From Rhodospirillaceae bacterium (GTDB taxonomy: Bacteria > Pseudomonadota > Alphaproteobacteria > Rhodospirillales > Casp-alpha2), in NCBI GenBank assembly GCA_038152725.1, contig JAYOXJ010000001.1, positions 1 through 39,681 on the forward strand: a stretch of DNA of 39,681 nucleotides, written 5' to 3'. The notes beneath the pieces were generated by a model. The model was not told the DNA's origin, made no database searches, and saw only the letters and a list, made by a program, of their open reading frames with translations. Shown piece after piece: positions 8,913 through 16,660 of the stretch (its first letter is position 1; every line of letters begins with the position of its first letter). Position numbers and translations under genes: made by a program.

Positions 8913-9222
8913 GAGGCTGGAGTTTGAGAACGACGGTGCGGTCACCTTTGAATACGAAGGTCGAAATTTGACTGCGCATGCGGGGGATACCGTGGCTGCA
9001 GCGCTATTGGCCGCGGGTGAAACCGTGTTCAGATCCACTCCTGGGAAGGGGGTGGAGCGCGGGCCCTTCTGCATGATGGGCGTTTGCTTCGACTGTCTGA
9101 TGGAAATCGACGGCATGCCCAACACCCAAGCCTGTCAGGTCGTTGTGCGGCCCGGAATGAAGGTGGCCCGTCAATCGGGTGCGATCGAACTCGCTCTGAA
9201 CGACGAGGGGGACGCCCGATGA
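8905..9222 (+). CDS. (2Fe-2S)-binding small subunit (HcnA / opine dehydrogenase gamma-like)
   Basis: 105 aa with VTFEYEGRNLTAHAGDTVAAALLAAG...GPFCMMGVCFDCLMEIDGMPNTQAC. This is the Cys pattern of the sarcosine-oxidase-alpha-N-terminal/HcnA-type 2Fe-2S domain. The stop overlaps the next start (ATGA). Confidence 0.85.
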   Translation: MFKRLEFENDGAVTFEYEGRNLTAHAGDTVAAALLAAGETVFRSTPGKGVERGPFCMMGVCFDCLMEIDGMPNTQACQVVVRPGMKVARQSGAIELALNDEGDAR

Positions 9223-10640
9223 GCGTCCCGATGAAGCCCGATGTCGTCGTGGTCGGCGCCGGTCCGGCGGGCTTGACGGCCGCTGCCACAGCGGCCGCCG
9301 GTGGTACGAGAGTACTTTTGCTCGACGATCAGCCGGCGCCCGGCGGGCAAATTTATCGAGCTGTGGAAAGTGTATCGAAGACGGCGATGGCGGCGTTGGG
9401 GCCGGACTATGCCGCCGGGCGCAATTTGGTCGAGGCAATGCTTGCACAAGATATCGCCTACGTCCCCAATGCCATCGTTTGGCAGGTCACGGATGGGCAA
9501 GAGATCGGCTATTCGGCGGCTGGCAAGGCAAGTCTGTTGCGGGCGCCGAAGATTATTCTGACCACTGGCGCAATCGAGCGGCCGTTTCCAATACCTGGCT
9601 GGACGCTTCCGGGCGTGATGATGGCGGGTGCCGCGCAGACGTTGCTCAAGTCTTCGGGGCTTGCCGCCGATGGCGCAGTTTTTGCCGGTTCCGGGCCTCT
9701 GCTTTATCTGGTGGTTCATCAGTATTTGCAGGCGGGTATCAAGGTCGCCGCGCTGGTTGATACCACCGACCGCGCCAACCGCTGGCGCGCCGCGGCCAAG
9801 TTACCGAGTGCTCTCACGCGCTTGGATCTGATCGCCAAGGGCCGTCAATGGATCCGGGCGATCAGACGCAGTGGCACGCCCATCATCTCCGGGGTCAATG
9901 CGCTCCGCATTGTCGGTGACACGGTGGCAAGTGGCCTCGCCTACCGTATCGGCAACGAGGGCTGGCGCGAAATTCCGGCCGAGCACGTGTTCCTCCATCA
10001 AGGCGTGGTGCCGAACGTCAATCTCGCCATGGCAGCCGGCGTTGCGCACGACTGGGACACCAACCAGCTCTGCTGGCGCTCCCGTGCCGATCCGTGGGGG
10101 CGCACCAATGTCGACGGCGTTAGCATTGCCGGTGACGGCGCGGGGATCGGTGGCGCCGTGGCGGCGGCCTGCGCGGGTGAAATCGCCGCTCTTGGCGCGC
10201 TCGCCGATCTCAATCGGCTGAATCAGGCAGAGGCCGAGCGCCGAGCGACGGCGCCGCGCCGCACGCTTGCCCGTGAAACCCGCATCAGACCGTTTTTGGA
10301 CGTCTGGTTCCGGCCGGCCGAGCAATTCCGGTTGCCGGGCGACGACGCGACCATTGTTTGCCGCTGCGAGGAACTTACCCGAAAGGACGTTTGCGACGTC
10401 ATCGATATCGGCATTGCCGGACCAAACCAACTGAAAAGTTATTGCCGTGCCGGCATGGGACCGTGCCAGGGCCGGTTCTGCGGCCTCACTGTGCAGGAAT
10501 TGATCGCGCGGCAAACCGGCAGGCGGCTCCAGGATGTCGGCTATTTCCGATTGCGTCCGCCGATCAAACCGCTGACGCTTAACGAATTGGCGGAACTCGA
10601 GGCCGAACCCGAGGCCAATTTCCCCGGCGATGGTGCGTAA
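9219..10640 (+). CDS. NAD(P)/FAD-dependent oxidoreductase with BFD-like [2Fe-2S] domain (HcnB / OoxA / alpha-subunit-like)
   Basis: PDVVVVGAGPAGLTAAATAAAGG dinucleotide fold, plus a second fold near AVFAGSGPLLYLV. A C-terminal CRCEE...YCRAGMGPCQGRFCG BFD-type cluster motif is present. Length is 473 aa. Confidence 0.85.
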   Translation: MSVPMKPDVVVVGAGPAGLTAAATAAAGGTRVLLLDDQPAPGGQIYRAVESVSKTAMAALGPDYAAGRNLVEAMLAQDIAYVPNAIVWQVTDGQEIGYSAAGKASLLRAPKIILTTGAIERPFPIPGWTLPGVMMAGAAQTLLKSSGLAADGAVFAGSGPLLYLVVHQYLQAGIKVAALVDTTDRANRWRAAAKLPSALTRLDLIAKGRQWIRAIRRSGTPIISGVNALRIVGDTVASGLAYRIGNEGWREIPAEHVFLHQGVVPNVNLAMAAGVAHDWDTNQLCWRSRADPWGRTNVDGVSIAGDGAGIGGAVAAACAGEIAALGALADLNRLNQAEAERRATAPRRTLARETRIRPFLDVWFRPAEQFRLPGDDATIVCRCEELTRKDVCDVIDIGIAGPNQLKSYCRAGMGPCQGRFCGLTVQELIARQTGRRLQDVGYFRLRPPIKPLTLNELAELEAEPEANFPGDGA

Positions 10641-11769
10641 CGTGAAAGTTGCCGATGCCGTCGTCGTCGGCGGCGGCATTCATGGATGTTCGGCGGCGCT
10701 CAATCTCGCGCTCCGCAATCTTTCGGTAATCGTTCTGGAAAAGGACCATGTCGCGCGCCACGCCTCGGGCGTCAACGCCGGCGGCGTGCGCCGTCTCGGG
10801 CGCGATGTAGCTGAGGTTCCCCTGGCACAGGCCGCCTGGGAGTTGTGGCAGGACATGCCCGCACTTGTCGACGGCGACTGCGGCTACCGTCGCTCCCGCT
10901 ATCTGAAGGTGGCCCGGACGGAGCAGGAGTTGGCCGACGCCCAAGCCCGTGTCGGCATCCTCAATGCGCTCGGTTACTCTCACGAAGAGGTGGTCGACCG
11001 CCATGCTCTACGTGAATTCCTGCCCGCCGTCGCCGATCACTGCCTGGGCGCGCTGCACGTGGATGGCGATGGCGCGGCATTGCCGTTCCGCACCACTCTG
11101 GCCTTCAGGCGCCGGGCAGAGTCGCTTGGCGTCGATTTTATCGAAGCCGCGCCGGCGATCGACGCCCAGCGTGCCGCCGGCCTGTGGCGCATCACCACGC
11201 CAAGCGGCATCTACGAGGCGCCTATCGTCATCAATGCCGCCGGCGCCGGGGGTGGTCGCCTGGCGGCGCAACTCGGCGATATCATTCCACTCGAAGGGCA
11301 TGCCCCGATGCTGGTTATCACGCAACGAATGCCGCATTTCGCCGAACCCGTGGTCGGCGCCTTGGGCGCGCCCTTGTCGTTCAAGCAGTTCGCCAACGGC
11401 ACGGTCCTGATCGGCGGCGGCGTTCGCGGGCAAGCCTTTCCCGATGAGAACCGGACACGTATCGATATGGCTGGGCTCGCCGGCTTTCTCAAAACCGCCC
11501 GCGATCTGTTCCCGATCATGCGCAAGGCCCGGATTGTTCGTGCCTGGGCCGGCATCGAAGGATATACGCCGGATAACTTGCCGGTCATTTCCCGCGGCTC
11601 ACAGGACGGCGTAGTTCATGTGTTTGGGTTTTCCGCGCACGGTTTCCAATTGGCGCCGGCCGTCGGCCGAATCGTCGCGTCTCTGGCGTTGGGCGAAGCG
11701 CAAAACTTGCCAATAAAACCGTTCCGTGCGGATCGGTTTCAGAATTTCCCGACAATCCGTTGTTGCTGA
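10630..11769 (+). CDS. FAD-dependent oxidoreductase, DAO family (HcnC / second beta-like paralogue)
   Basis: ADAVVVGGGIHGCSAALNLALRNLSVIVLEKDHVARHASGVNAGG. Length is 379 aa. The ATG overlaps the upstream gene by 11 nt; an alternative in-frame GTG lies at 10642. Confidence 0.85.
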   Translation: MVRNVKVADAVVVGGGIHGCSAALNLALRNLSVIVLEKDHVARHASGVNAGGVRRLGRDVAEVPLAQAAWELWQDMPALVDGDCGYRRSRYLKVARTEQELADAQARVGILNALGYSHEEVVDRHALREFLPAVADHCLGALHVDGDGAALPFRTTLAFRRRAESLGVDFIEAAPAIDAQRAAGLWRITTPSGIYEAPIVINAAGAGGGRLAAQLGDIIPLEGHAPMLVITQRMPHFAEPVVGALGAPLSFKQFANGTVLIGGGVRGQAFPDENRTRIDMAGLAGFLKTARDLFPIMRKARIVRAWAGIEGYTPDNLPVISRGSQDGVVHVFGFSAHGFQLAPAVGRIVASLALGEAQNLPIKPFRADRFQNFPTIRCC

Positions 11770-11992
11770 ATGGTCGACCGTGCAGCATTTACGCCAATAT
11801 GCCGGAGTTGCCCTGAAAGAGTTGATTGGGTTTCCAAGATCGAGGGCTTGGCTTCCGCTTAGGGTCAGAAGCCGTTATCAACTTTGCTGCCGGTAATCGT
11901 CTGCTTTAGCGACCAGAGCCGGCCAAAAACTGTGAAACAATTGTGTCTATGATCATTTTGGTCGCGTGAAATTGGCAAGAAGCATACCAGCC

Positions 11993-13225
11993 CTAACCTA
12001 ATTCCTGCTCTTTTCGCGTAAAGGCGACAAGTTTCGAGGAATTATCGGGGGCAAACAAATAATTCGCCCAGGCTTGCATCATCTTCGCCCGCTTTTGGAA
12101 GAGATCTCCGCGTCGATAGGCCGCTTCGACCTTGTTTTCGATAACGTGGGCGAGCGCCATCTCCGCCACGTCTCGTGGGAAACTGGATACCTCGCCAGAC
12201 CAATCGCGAAAGCTGGACCGAGAGCCGTGTGGGACATATGGGCCTTTCTCGCCGTTCACACCGTATCCCAGGCCCCGCATCAACTGAAGCAGGGCCATAT
12301 TGGACAACGGGCGACCATGGCGCGAACCGGGAAACACATGCCGGTTGCCTGTGACGCGGGGTAAACCCGAAAGAACCGTGATTGCCTCTTCACTAAGTGG
12401 AGCGCGGTGCTCCCGCCGCGCCTTCATCCGGGCTGCCGGTATCGTCCAAATGCCGGTGTCGAGGTCGATTTCATCCCACTTGGCGTTTAATACCTCCCCG
12501 GTTCTCGTCGCCGTCAGGATGAGGAATGCGAGGGCTTGTGCCGAAATACTGCCGTTTTCCTTTAATGCTCTCATAAAGTCAGGGAGCTCCGCGTAAGGCA
12601 TTGCCGGGTGGTGCGTGACCGTTCGGACCCGCGAGGGTTTCGGGAGTAACTTGTCCAGGTGACCGCGCCAGCGCGCCGGGTTGATTGGGTCTCGGTATTT
12701 TCGTGCAGCCGCGAAGTCGAGAATGTTCTCGATGCGCCCCTGAACCCGTTTCGCGGTTTCAGTTTTAGCAGTCCATATCGGGGTGAGTATCTTCAGAACA
12801 TCATCTGAGCCGATCTCATTCACTTGCATGTTCCCGACTACCGGACGGGCATAGGTTTTTAGCGTGCTCACCCATTGCCGAGCGTGTTTGGCATTCTTCC
12901 AGCCTCGCCTGTGGGCGCGGATATATTGGGCGGCGCAGGATGTGAAACTCGGAACCCTCTCAGGTTCAAGCCTCCGGGCTTTAATTGGGTCAGCTCCCTT
13001 TGCTACCAAAGCCCGGTATTCCGCCGCTTTGGTGCGGGCATCGCTCAGTTCAACGGTTGGGAAGCTCCCAAGCCCCATTTCTCGCCGCTTTCCGGAGAGC
13101 GTGTATCTAAAAACCCATTTTCGTGAGCCCGATGCGCTCACCACCAGCCGCAAACCACCGCCATCTTCATATTTGCCAGCCGGTGCTGTTTCGACTTTGC
13201 GAGCTGACAGTTTGTGAATCGCCAT
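11993..13225 (-). CDS. Tyrosine-type site-specific integrase (P4-like, with N-terminal DUF4102/arm-binding domain)
   Basis: N-terminus MAIHKLSARKVETAPAGKYEDGGGLRLVVSASGSRKWVFRYTLSGKRREMGLG is the classic P4-integrase arm-type domain. The catalytic set is visible: TATRTGEV (R), HGSRSSFRDW (HxxR), LAHV (H), AYRRGD (Y). The gene appears intact. Confidence 0.9.
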   Translation of the reverse strand: MAIHKLSARKVETAPAGKYEDGGGLRLVVSASGSRKWVFRYTLSGKRREMGLGSFPTVELSDARTKAAEYRALVAKGADPIKARRLEPERVPSFTSCAAQYIRAHRRGWKNAKHARQWVSTLKTYARPVVGNMQVNEIGSDDVLKILTPIWTAKTETAKRVQGRIENILDFAAARKYRDPINPARWRGHLDKLLPKPSRVRTVTHHPAMPYAELPDFMRALKENGSISAQALAFLILTATRTGEVLNAKWDEIDLDTGIWTIPAARMKARREHRAPLSEEAITVLSGLPRVTGNRHVFPGSRHGRPLSNMALLQLMRGLGYGVNGEKGPYVPHGSRSSFRDWSGEVSSFPRDVAEMALAHVIENKVEAAYRRGDLFQKRAKMMQAWANYLFAPDNSSKLVAFTRKEQELG

Positions 13226-13499
13226 TTGCCCACCCATTCATGCTCGAGAGAACCGATCCCCCAACTAGTCCCCCATTATTATAGGACGTGATTGGCCATC
13301 ATAGAACGAGAATGGCGCTAACTAGCGAAAAATATTTGATAAAATATACTTATTGGATCGCACTGGACTACTCATTGGCGGACTCGCCCTCCGCCAAATC
13401 CCTCGGATTCCCCCAATCATTCGCGTTGTGCTTCTTCGGCCGCCTCAAACGCCTTGAGGAGGGCCTGTCGCGACACGTCCCCCGATACGGCAGGTCAGA

Positions 13500-15242
13500 T
13501 TAGTGCGAATCCCGGGTCACTTCGGCGCCGCGTCGACCGACGAGAAAATTCAGGTCGGCACCTTTGTCGGTCTGCATCACGGTATCGAAGTAGAGCTTGT
13601 AATAGCCGCCCGCCATCGGCGGTTCCGGCGGCTTGAATGCGGCCAAGCGGCGCGCCAGTTCATCGTCGGATATTTCGAGCCGGATCATGCGATTGGCGAC
13701 GTCGACCTCGATCATGTCGCCATCGCGTACCACGGCGAGCGGGCCGCCGGCCGCCGCCTCCGGCGCGGTATGCAGGATCACTGTCCCGTACGCAGTGCCG
13801 CTCATCCGCGCATCGGAAATGCGCACCATGTCCTTGATGCCGCGCGCCAAAATCTTCGGCGGCAGCCCCATGTTGCCGACCTCGGCCATGCCGGGATAGC
13901 CCTTGGGGCCGCATCCCTGCAGCACCATCACGCTGGTTTCGTCGATATCGAGATCGGGGTCCTCGATCCGCGCCTTGTAGTCCTCGATGCTGGAGAAGAC
14001 GACGGCGCGGCCGCGGTGCTGCATCAGTTCCGGCGTCGCCGCCGACGGCTTGATGATGCAGCCGTCCGGCGCCAGGTTGCCCTTGAGCACCGCGATGCCG
14101 CCGTTGGCGACGAGGGGATTGTCGGGTTTGCGGATGACCTCATCGTTGTAATTGACCGCATCCGCGACGTTCTCCCAGATGGTGCGGCCGTTGGCAGTCG
14201 GCGCGTCCTTGTTGAGGAGGCCCAGTTCTCCCAGCGTGCGCAGCACGACGGGAAGGCCGCCGGCATAGCAAAAGTCCTCCATCAGGAAGCGCCCCGACGG
14301 CATCAGATCGACGATGGTCGGCACGTTCCGGCCCCAATCGTCCCAATCGCTGAGCTTGAGATCGACGCCGACCCGGCCGGCGACGGCGAGCAAATGCACA
14401 ACCGCGTTGGTCGAGCCGCCGATGGCACCATTGGTTCGGATGGCGTTCTGGAAGGCTTCTCGGGTCAGAATCTTGGACATGCGGAGATCTTCCCTGACCA
14501 TGTCGACGATACGCATGCCGGCCATGTGCGCGAGGCGGCGGCGGCGCGAATCGACAGCGGGCAACGCGGCATTCTCGGGCATGCCGATGCCGAGCGCCTC
14601 GACCATCGAGGCCATCGTCGAGGCGGTGCCCATGGTCATGCAGTGGCCGGGGCTTCGCGACATGGCGGACTCGGCGGACATGAAATCCTGCAACGTCATC
14701 TCGCCAGCGTTGACCGCCTCGGAGAATTGCCATACCGCCGTGCCGGAACCGATATCGCAGCCGCGGAACTTGCCGTTCAGCATCGGCCCACCGGAGATCG
14801 CGATGGTCGGTAGGTCGCAACTCGCCGCCCCCATCAGCAATGCCGGCGTCGTCTTGTCGCAACCGACCATCAGCACCACCCCGTCCATGGGATTGGCGCG
14901 AATGCTTTCCTCGACCTCCATGGCGGCAAGATTGCGGAACAGCATGGCCGTCGGCCTGAGGGTTGTTTCGCCGAGGCTCATCGCCGGGAACTCGAGCGGA
15001 AACCCGCCGGCCTCGCGGATGCCGTTCTTGACCGATTGCGCGAGATCGCGGAGATGGCCGTTGCAGGGGTTGGTCTCGGCCCAGGTGTTACAGATGCCGA
15101 TGACTGGCCGGCCATCGAATTCGTGATCGGGATGGCCTTGGTTCTTCATCCACGAGCGATGGATGAAGGCGTCCTTTCGCGTGCCGCCATACCAATCCGC
15201 CGAACGTCTTTTGCCGTCGCCGTCGGAACCCTTCTTGCTCAT
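13500..15242 (-). CDS. IlvD/Edd-family dehydratase (sugar-acid, arabinonate/xylonate dehydratase-like)
   Basis: 581 aa from the ATG at 15242, which is preceded by GGAGGGGG. Motifs: RPVIGICNTW, MVGCDKTTPA (Fe-S Cys), ISGGPML, RISDARMSGTAYG, C-terminal EVTRDSH. The longer 684-aa track ORF is an upstream Arg/Ala-rich extension. Confidence 0.9.
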   Translation of the reverse strand: MSKKGSDGDGKRRSADWYGGTRKDAFIHRSWMKNQGHPDHEFDGRPVIGICNTWAETNPCNGHLRDLAQSVKNGIREAGGFPLEFPAMSLGETTLRPTAMLFRNLAAMEVEESIRANPMDGVVLMVGCDKTTPALLMGAASCDLPTIAISGGPMLNGKFRGCDIGSGTAVWQFSEAVNAGEMTLQDFMSAESAMSRSPGHCMTMGTASTMASMVEALGIGMPENAALPAVDSRRRRLAHMAGMRIVDMVREDLRMSKILTREAFQNAIRTNGAIGGSTNAVVHLLAVAGRVGVDLKLSDWDDWGRNVPTIVDLMPSGRFLMEDFCYAGGLPVVLRTLGELGLLNKDAPTANGRTIWENVADAVNYNDEVIRKPDNPLVANGGIAVLKGNLAPDGCIIKPSAATPELMQHRGRAVVFSSIEDYKARIEDPDLDIDETSVMVLQGCGPKGYPGMAEVGNMGLPPKILARGIKDMVRISDARMSGTAYGTVILHTAPEAAAGGPLAVVRDGDMIEVDVANRMIRLEISDDELARRLAAFKPPEPPMAGGYYKLYFDTVMQTDKGADLNFLVGRRGAEVTRDSH

Positions 15243-15331
15243 TGCCCCCTCCGTCCAAATACCACGTCCCCGGTTCGACGGTTTTAGCCGGTGGCGCGAT
15301 TTTGGTCCAACAAATGGGAAACCGGCCGGCC

Positions 15332-16660
15332 CTACAACCGGCGCCAGCGCCGACCGAGCAGCCAAAGCATCAAGGCGGCCTCGATCACCGGCAGCGCCAC
15401 GGTAAGCCACGGCGGCGCGTCGGGCACCGGCAGGAAGGCGGCTAGCAACGGCCCGAACCCGATCAGGCCGAGTAGCATTGGCAGCGGCACGTAGCCGACG
15501 GCAAGCACGGCGGCGGCCATGCCTTCCCCACGGCCGTCGATACGGCCGAGACATAGCCAGTAGATGAAAGCGATATCGCGGACCGCGAACAAGGCCATGG
15601 CGGCGAGGCCGGTCGCGAGACCGGGGAGTTGTCGCGACGCGGCACCATCGATGACCAGCGCGACAATCGCGCCCAGGGTCGCGAGTACCAATGCGATCGC
15701 CGAGCGTGGGAATAGCACCGCGGCGGCCCGCCAGCGCCCAAAGGCGAGATCGCGCTCAAGCTGGGCCAGGCGCAAGCGGTCCTTCGGCTCCACGTAGGCC
15801 GCGGTGAAGGCGATGGCCAAGCCAACCCCGAGGGTCAGCGTCGGCATGTTCGGCACAGTGATCTTGGCAAGTTGCAGGCTCGGCCCGACCGGAAAATTCT
15901 TGATGCCGGCGAAGTAGGCCATTGCGAACAGCGTGAACGCGATCCAAACCCAGGGCCCCACCGGTTCCTGCAGTTCGGCCCGCATCAGAGCCCAGGCGCC
16001 CACCAGCGTCCACAGCGAGAATACCGCCATGGTGGCGATCGTGAACTGGGCGAAGGTGATGTAACGCCCATACCAGATGATCAGATCGAGGATGCTCTCG
16101 CCGCCCGTCAACGAAAGCCCGGCGTATAACGGCGGCAACGCCGCCAGCAAACCCATGAATTGGTAAGACGCGACTTGCACACGGCCGAACTGGCGGCGTC
16201 GCTGGATCACCGAAAGTCCGATCAGGAAACAGACCGCCTGGCCGAAAAAACCGCTGACGACATATAGGAAGACACGCAACAGGGTCTGGTACGGGCCCCA
16301 CTCGCCGAAATGCGCGGCGGCATAAAACGCCAGGCAAACCGCGCCGCCGGCCCAGGTGAAAGCGGTGGCACCGGCGAACTTCGACCAGGCCATACCCCAG
16401 GCAGAAAGCGACGACATGCGCTGTGCGTCCCAGGTCCGGGCGTTGATTTCCTGGATCACGCATTCTGCCGCCTGGCGCGTTCCCCAAAGAAACACCAACG
16501 CGAAGTAACCGATGCCCGCGAAGAAAGCGGTGGTGGTGTCGAACCCGCGGTCGTCGGCCAGGTAGCCGACACCGAAAGTACCGACCAGCGCCACTCCCAG
16601 CGCAGCCAGCCGGTGGCGTTGGAAATCGACCGCGACGAGGCGCCGGAATTCGGGGGTCAT
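15332..16660 (-). CDS. Polytopic membrane protein, probable ABC-2-type permease partner of the upstream decayed ATPase; function unknown
   Basis: 442 aa with about 10-12 hydrophobic segments. The start overlaps the ATPase stop (ATGA). I recognise no family motif. Confidence 0.6.
   Translation of the reverse strand: MTPEFRRLVAVDFQRHRLAALGVALVGTFGVGYLADDRGFDTTTAFFAGIGYFALVFLWGTRQAAECVIQEINARTWDAQRMSSLSAWGMAWSKFAGATAFTWAGGAVCLAFYAAAHFGEWGPYQTLLRVFLYVVSGFFGQAVCFLIGLSVIQRRRQFGRVQVASYQFMGLLAALPPLYAGLSLTGGESILDLIIWYGRYITFAQFTIATMAVFSLWTLVGAWALMRAELQEPVGPWVWIAFTLFAMAYFAGIKNFPVGPSLQLAKITVPNMPTLTLGVGLAIAFTAAYVEPKDRLRLAQLERDLAFGRWRAAAVLFPRSAIALVLATLGAIVALVIDGAASRQLPGLATGLAAMALFAVRDIAFIYWLCLGRIDGRGEGMAAAVLAVGYVPLPMLLGLIGFGPLLAAFLPVPDAPPWLTVALPVIEAALMLWLLGRRWRRL

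Larger units (their letters stand above)
1..13499. mobile_element. Putative integrative genomic (catabolic) island, partial; the left end is probably outside the window
   Basis: An intact P4-type tyrosine integrase sits at the right edge, with its 5' end facing an AT-rich junction at 13226-13499. An IS transposase remnant sits at the left edge. Composition is mosaic: my spot counts of single 60-nt lines gave about 45-48% GC in 1081-1140 and 2281-2340, against about 63% in addA (33301-33360). The cargo is a self-contained regulator, transporter and oxidoreductase set. Confidence 0.45.

Noticed and set aside
11925-11961. ccaaaa...ttttgg inverted repeat downstream of the integrase stop, considered as a terminator or att core
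   Set aside because: The stem is only 6 bp with a loop of about 25 nt, and no GC-rich stem plus U-tract is present. It is indistinguishable from chance in AT-rich DNA.
13288-13503. 71-aa ORF in the AT-rich junction next to the integrase, considered as a possible excisionase or small regulator
   Set aside because: It has no HTH or AlpA/Xis-like motif, an odd composition and no SD. It runs into the dehydratase stop region, so it more likely reflects AT-rich non-coding junction DNA.
13503-14813. 436-aa plus-strand ORF, with similar long shadow ORFs at 18178-19173, 20156-21091, 27251-28441, 32460-33434, 33539-34729, 34226-35428, 36965-38047 and 38686-39621
   Set aside because: All are antisense or out of frame relative to genes with clear family motifs. 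They have low-complexity Arg/Gly/Ala/Asp-rich translations and lack SD sequences and sensible starts.
15262-15290. GGTTCGA-like string (ccggttcgacgg) checked as a possible tRNA T-arm; I also searched by eye for a tRNA or tmRNA target next to the integrase (11770-11992, 13226-13499)
   Set aside because: No acceptor stem, anticodon arm or complementary T-stem can be drawn around it. No tRNA-like cloverleaf was found in either integrase-flanking region.
15243-15554. N-terminal extensions offered by the ORF track: the dehydratase as 684 aa, FNR as 561 aa (to 27459), the MscS-like gene as 485 aa (to 38373), and the RR as 297 aa (to 18410)
   Set aside because: The extensions are Arg/Ala-rich or overlap well-supported genes on the other strand (tsaE, fccA). 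Internal starts with good SD sequences give proteins of canonical family length.
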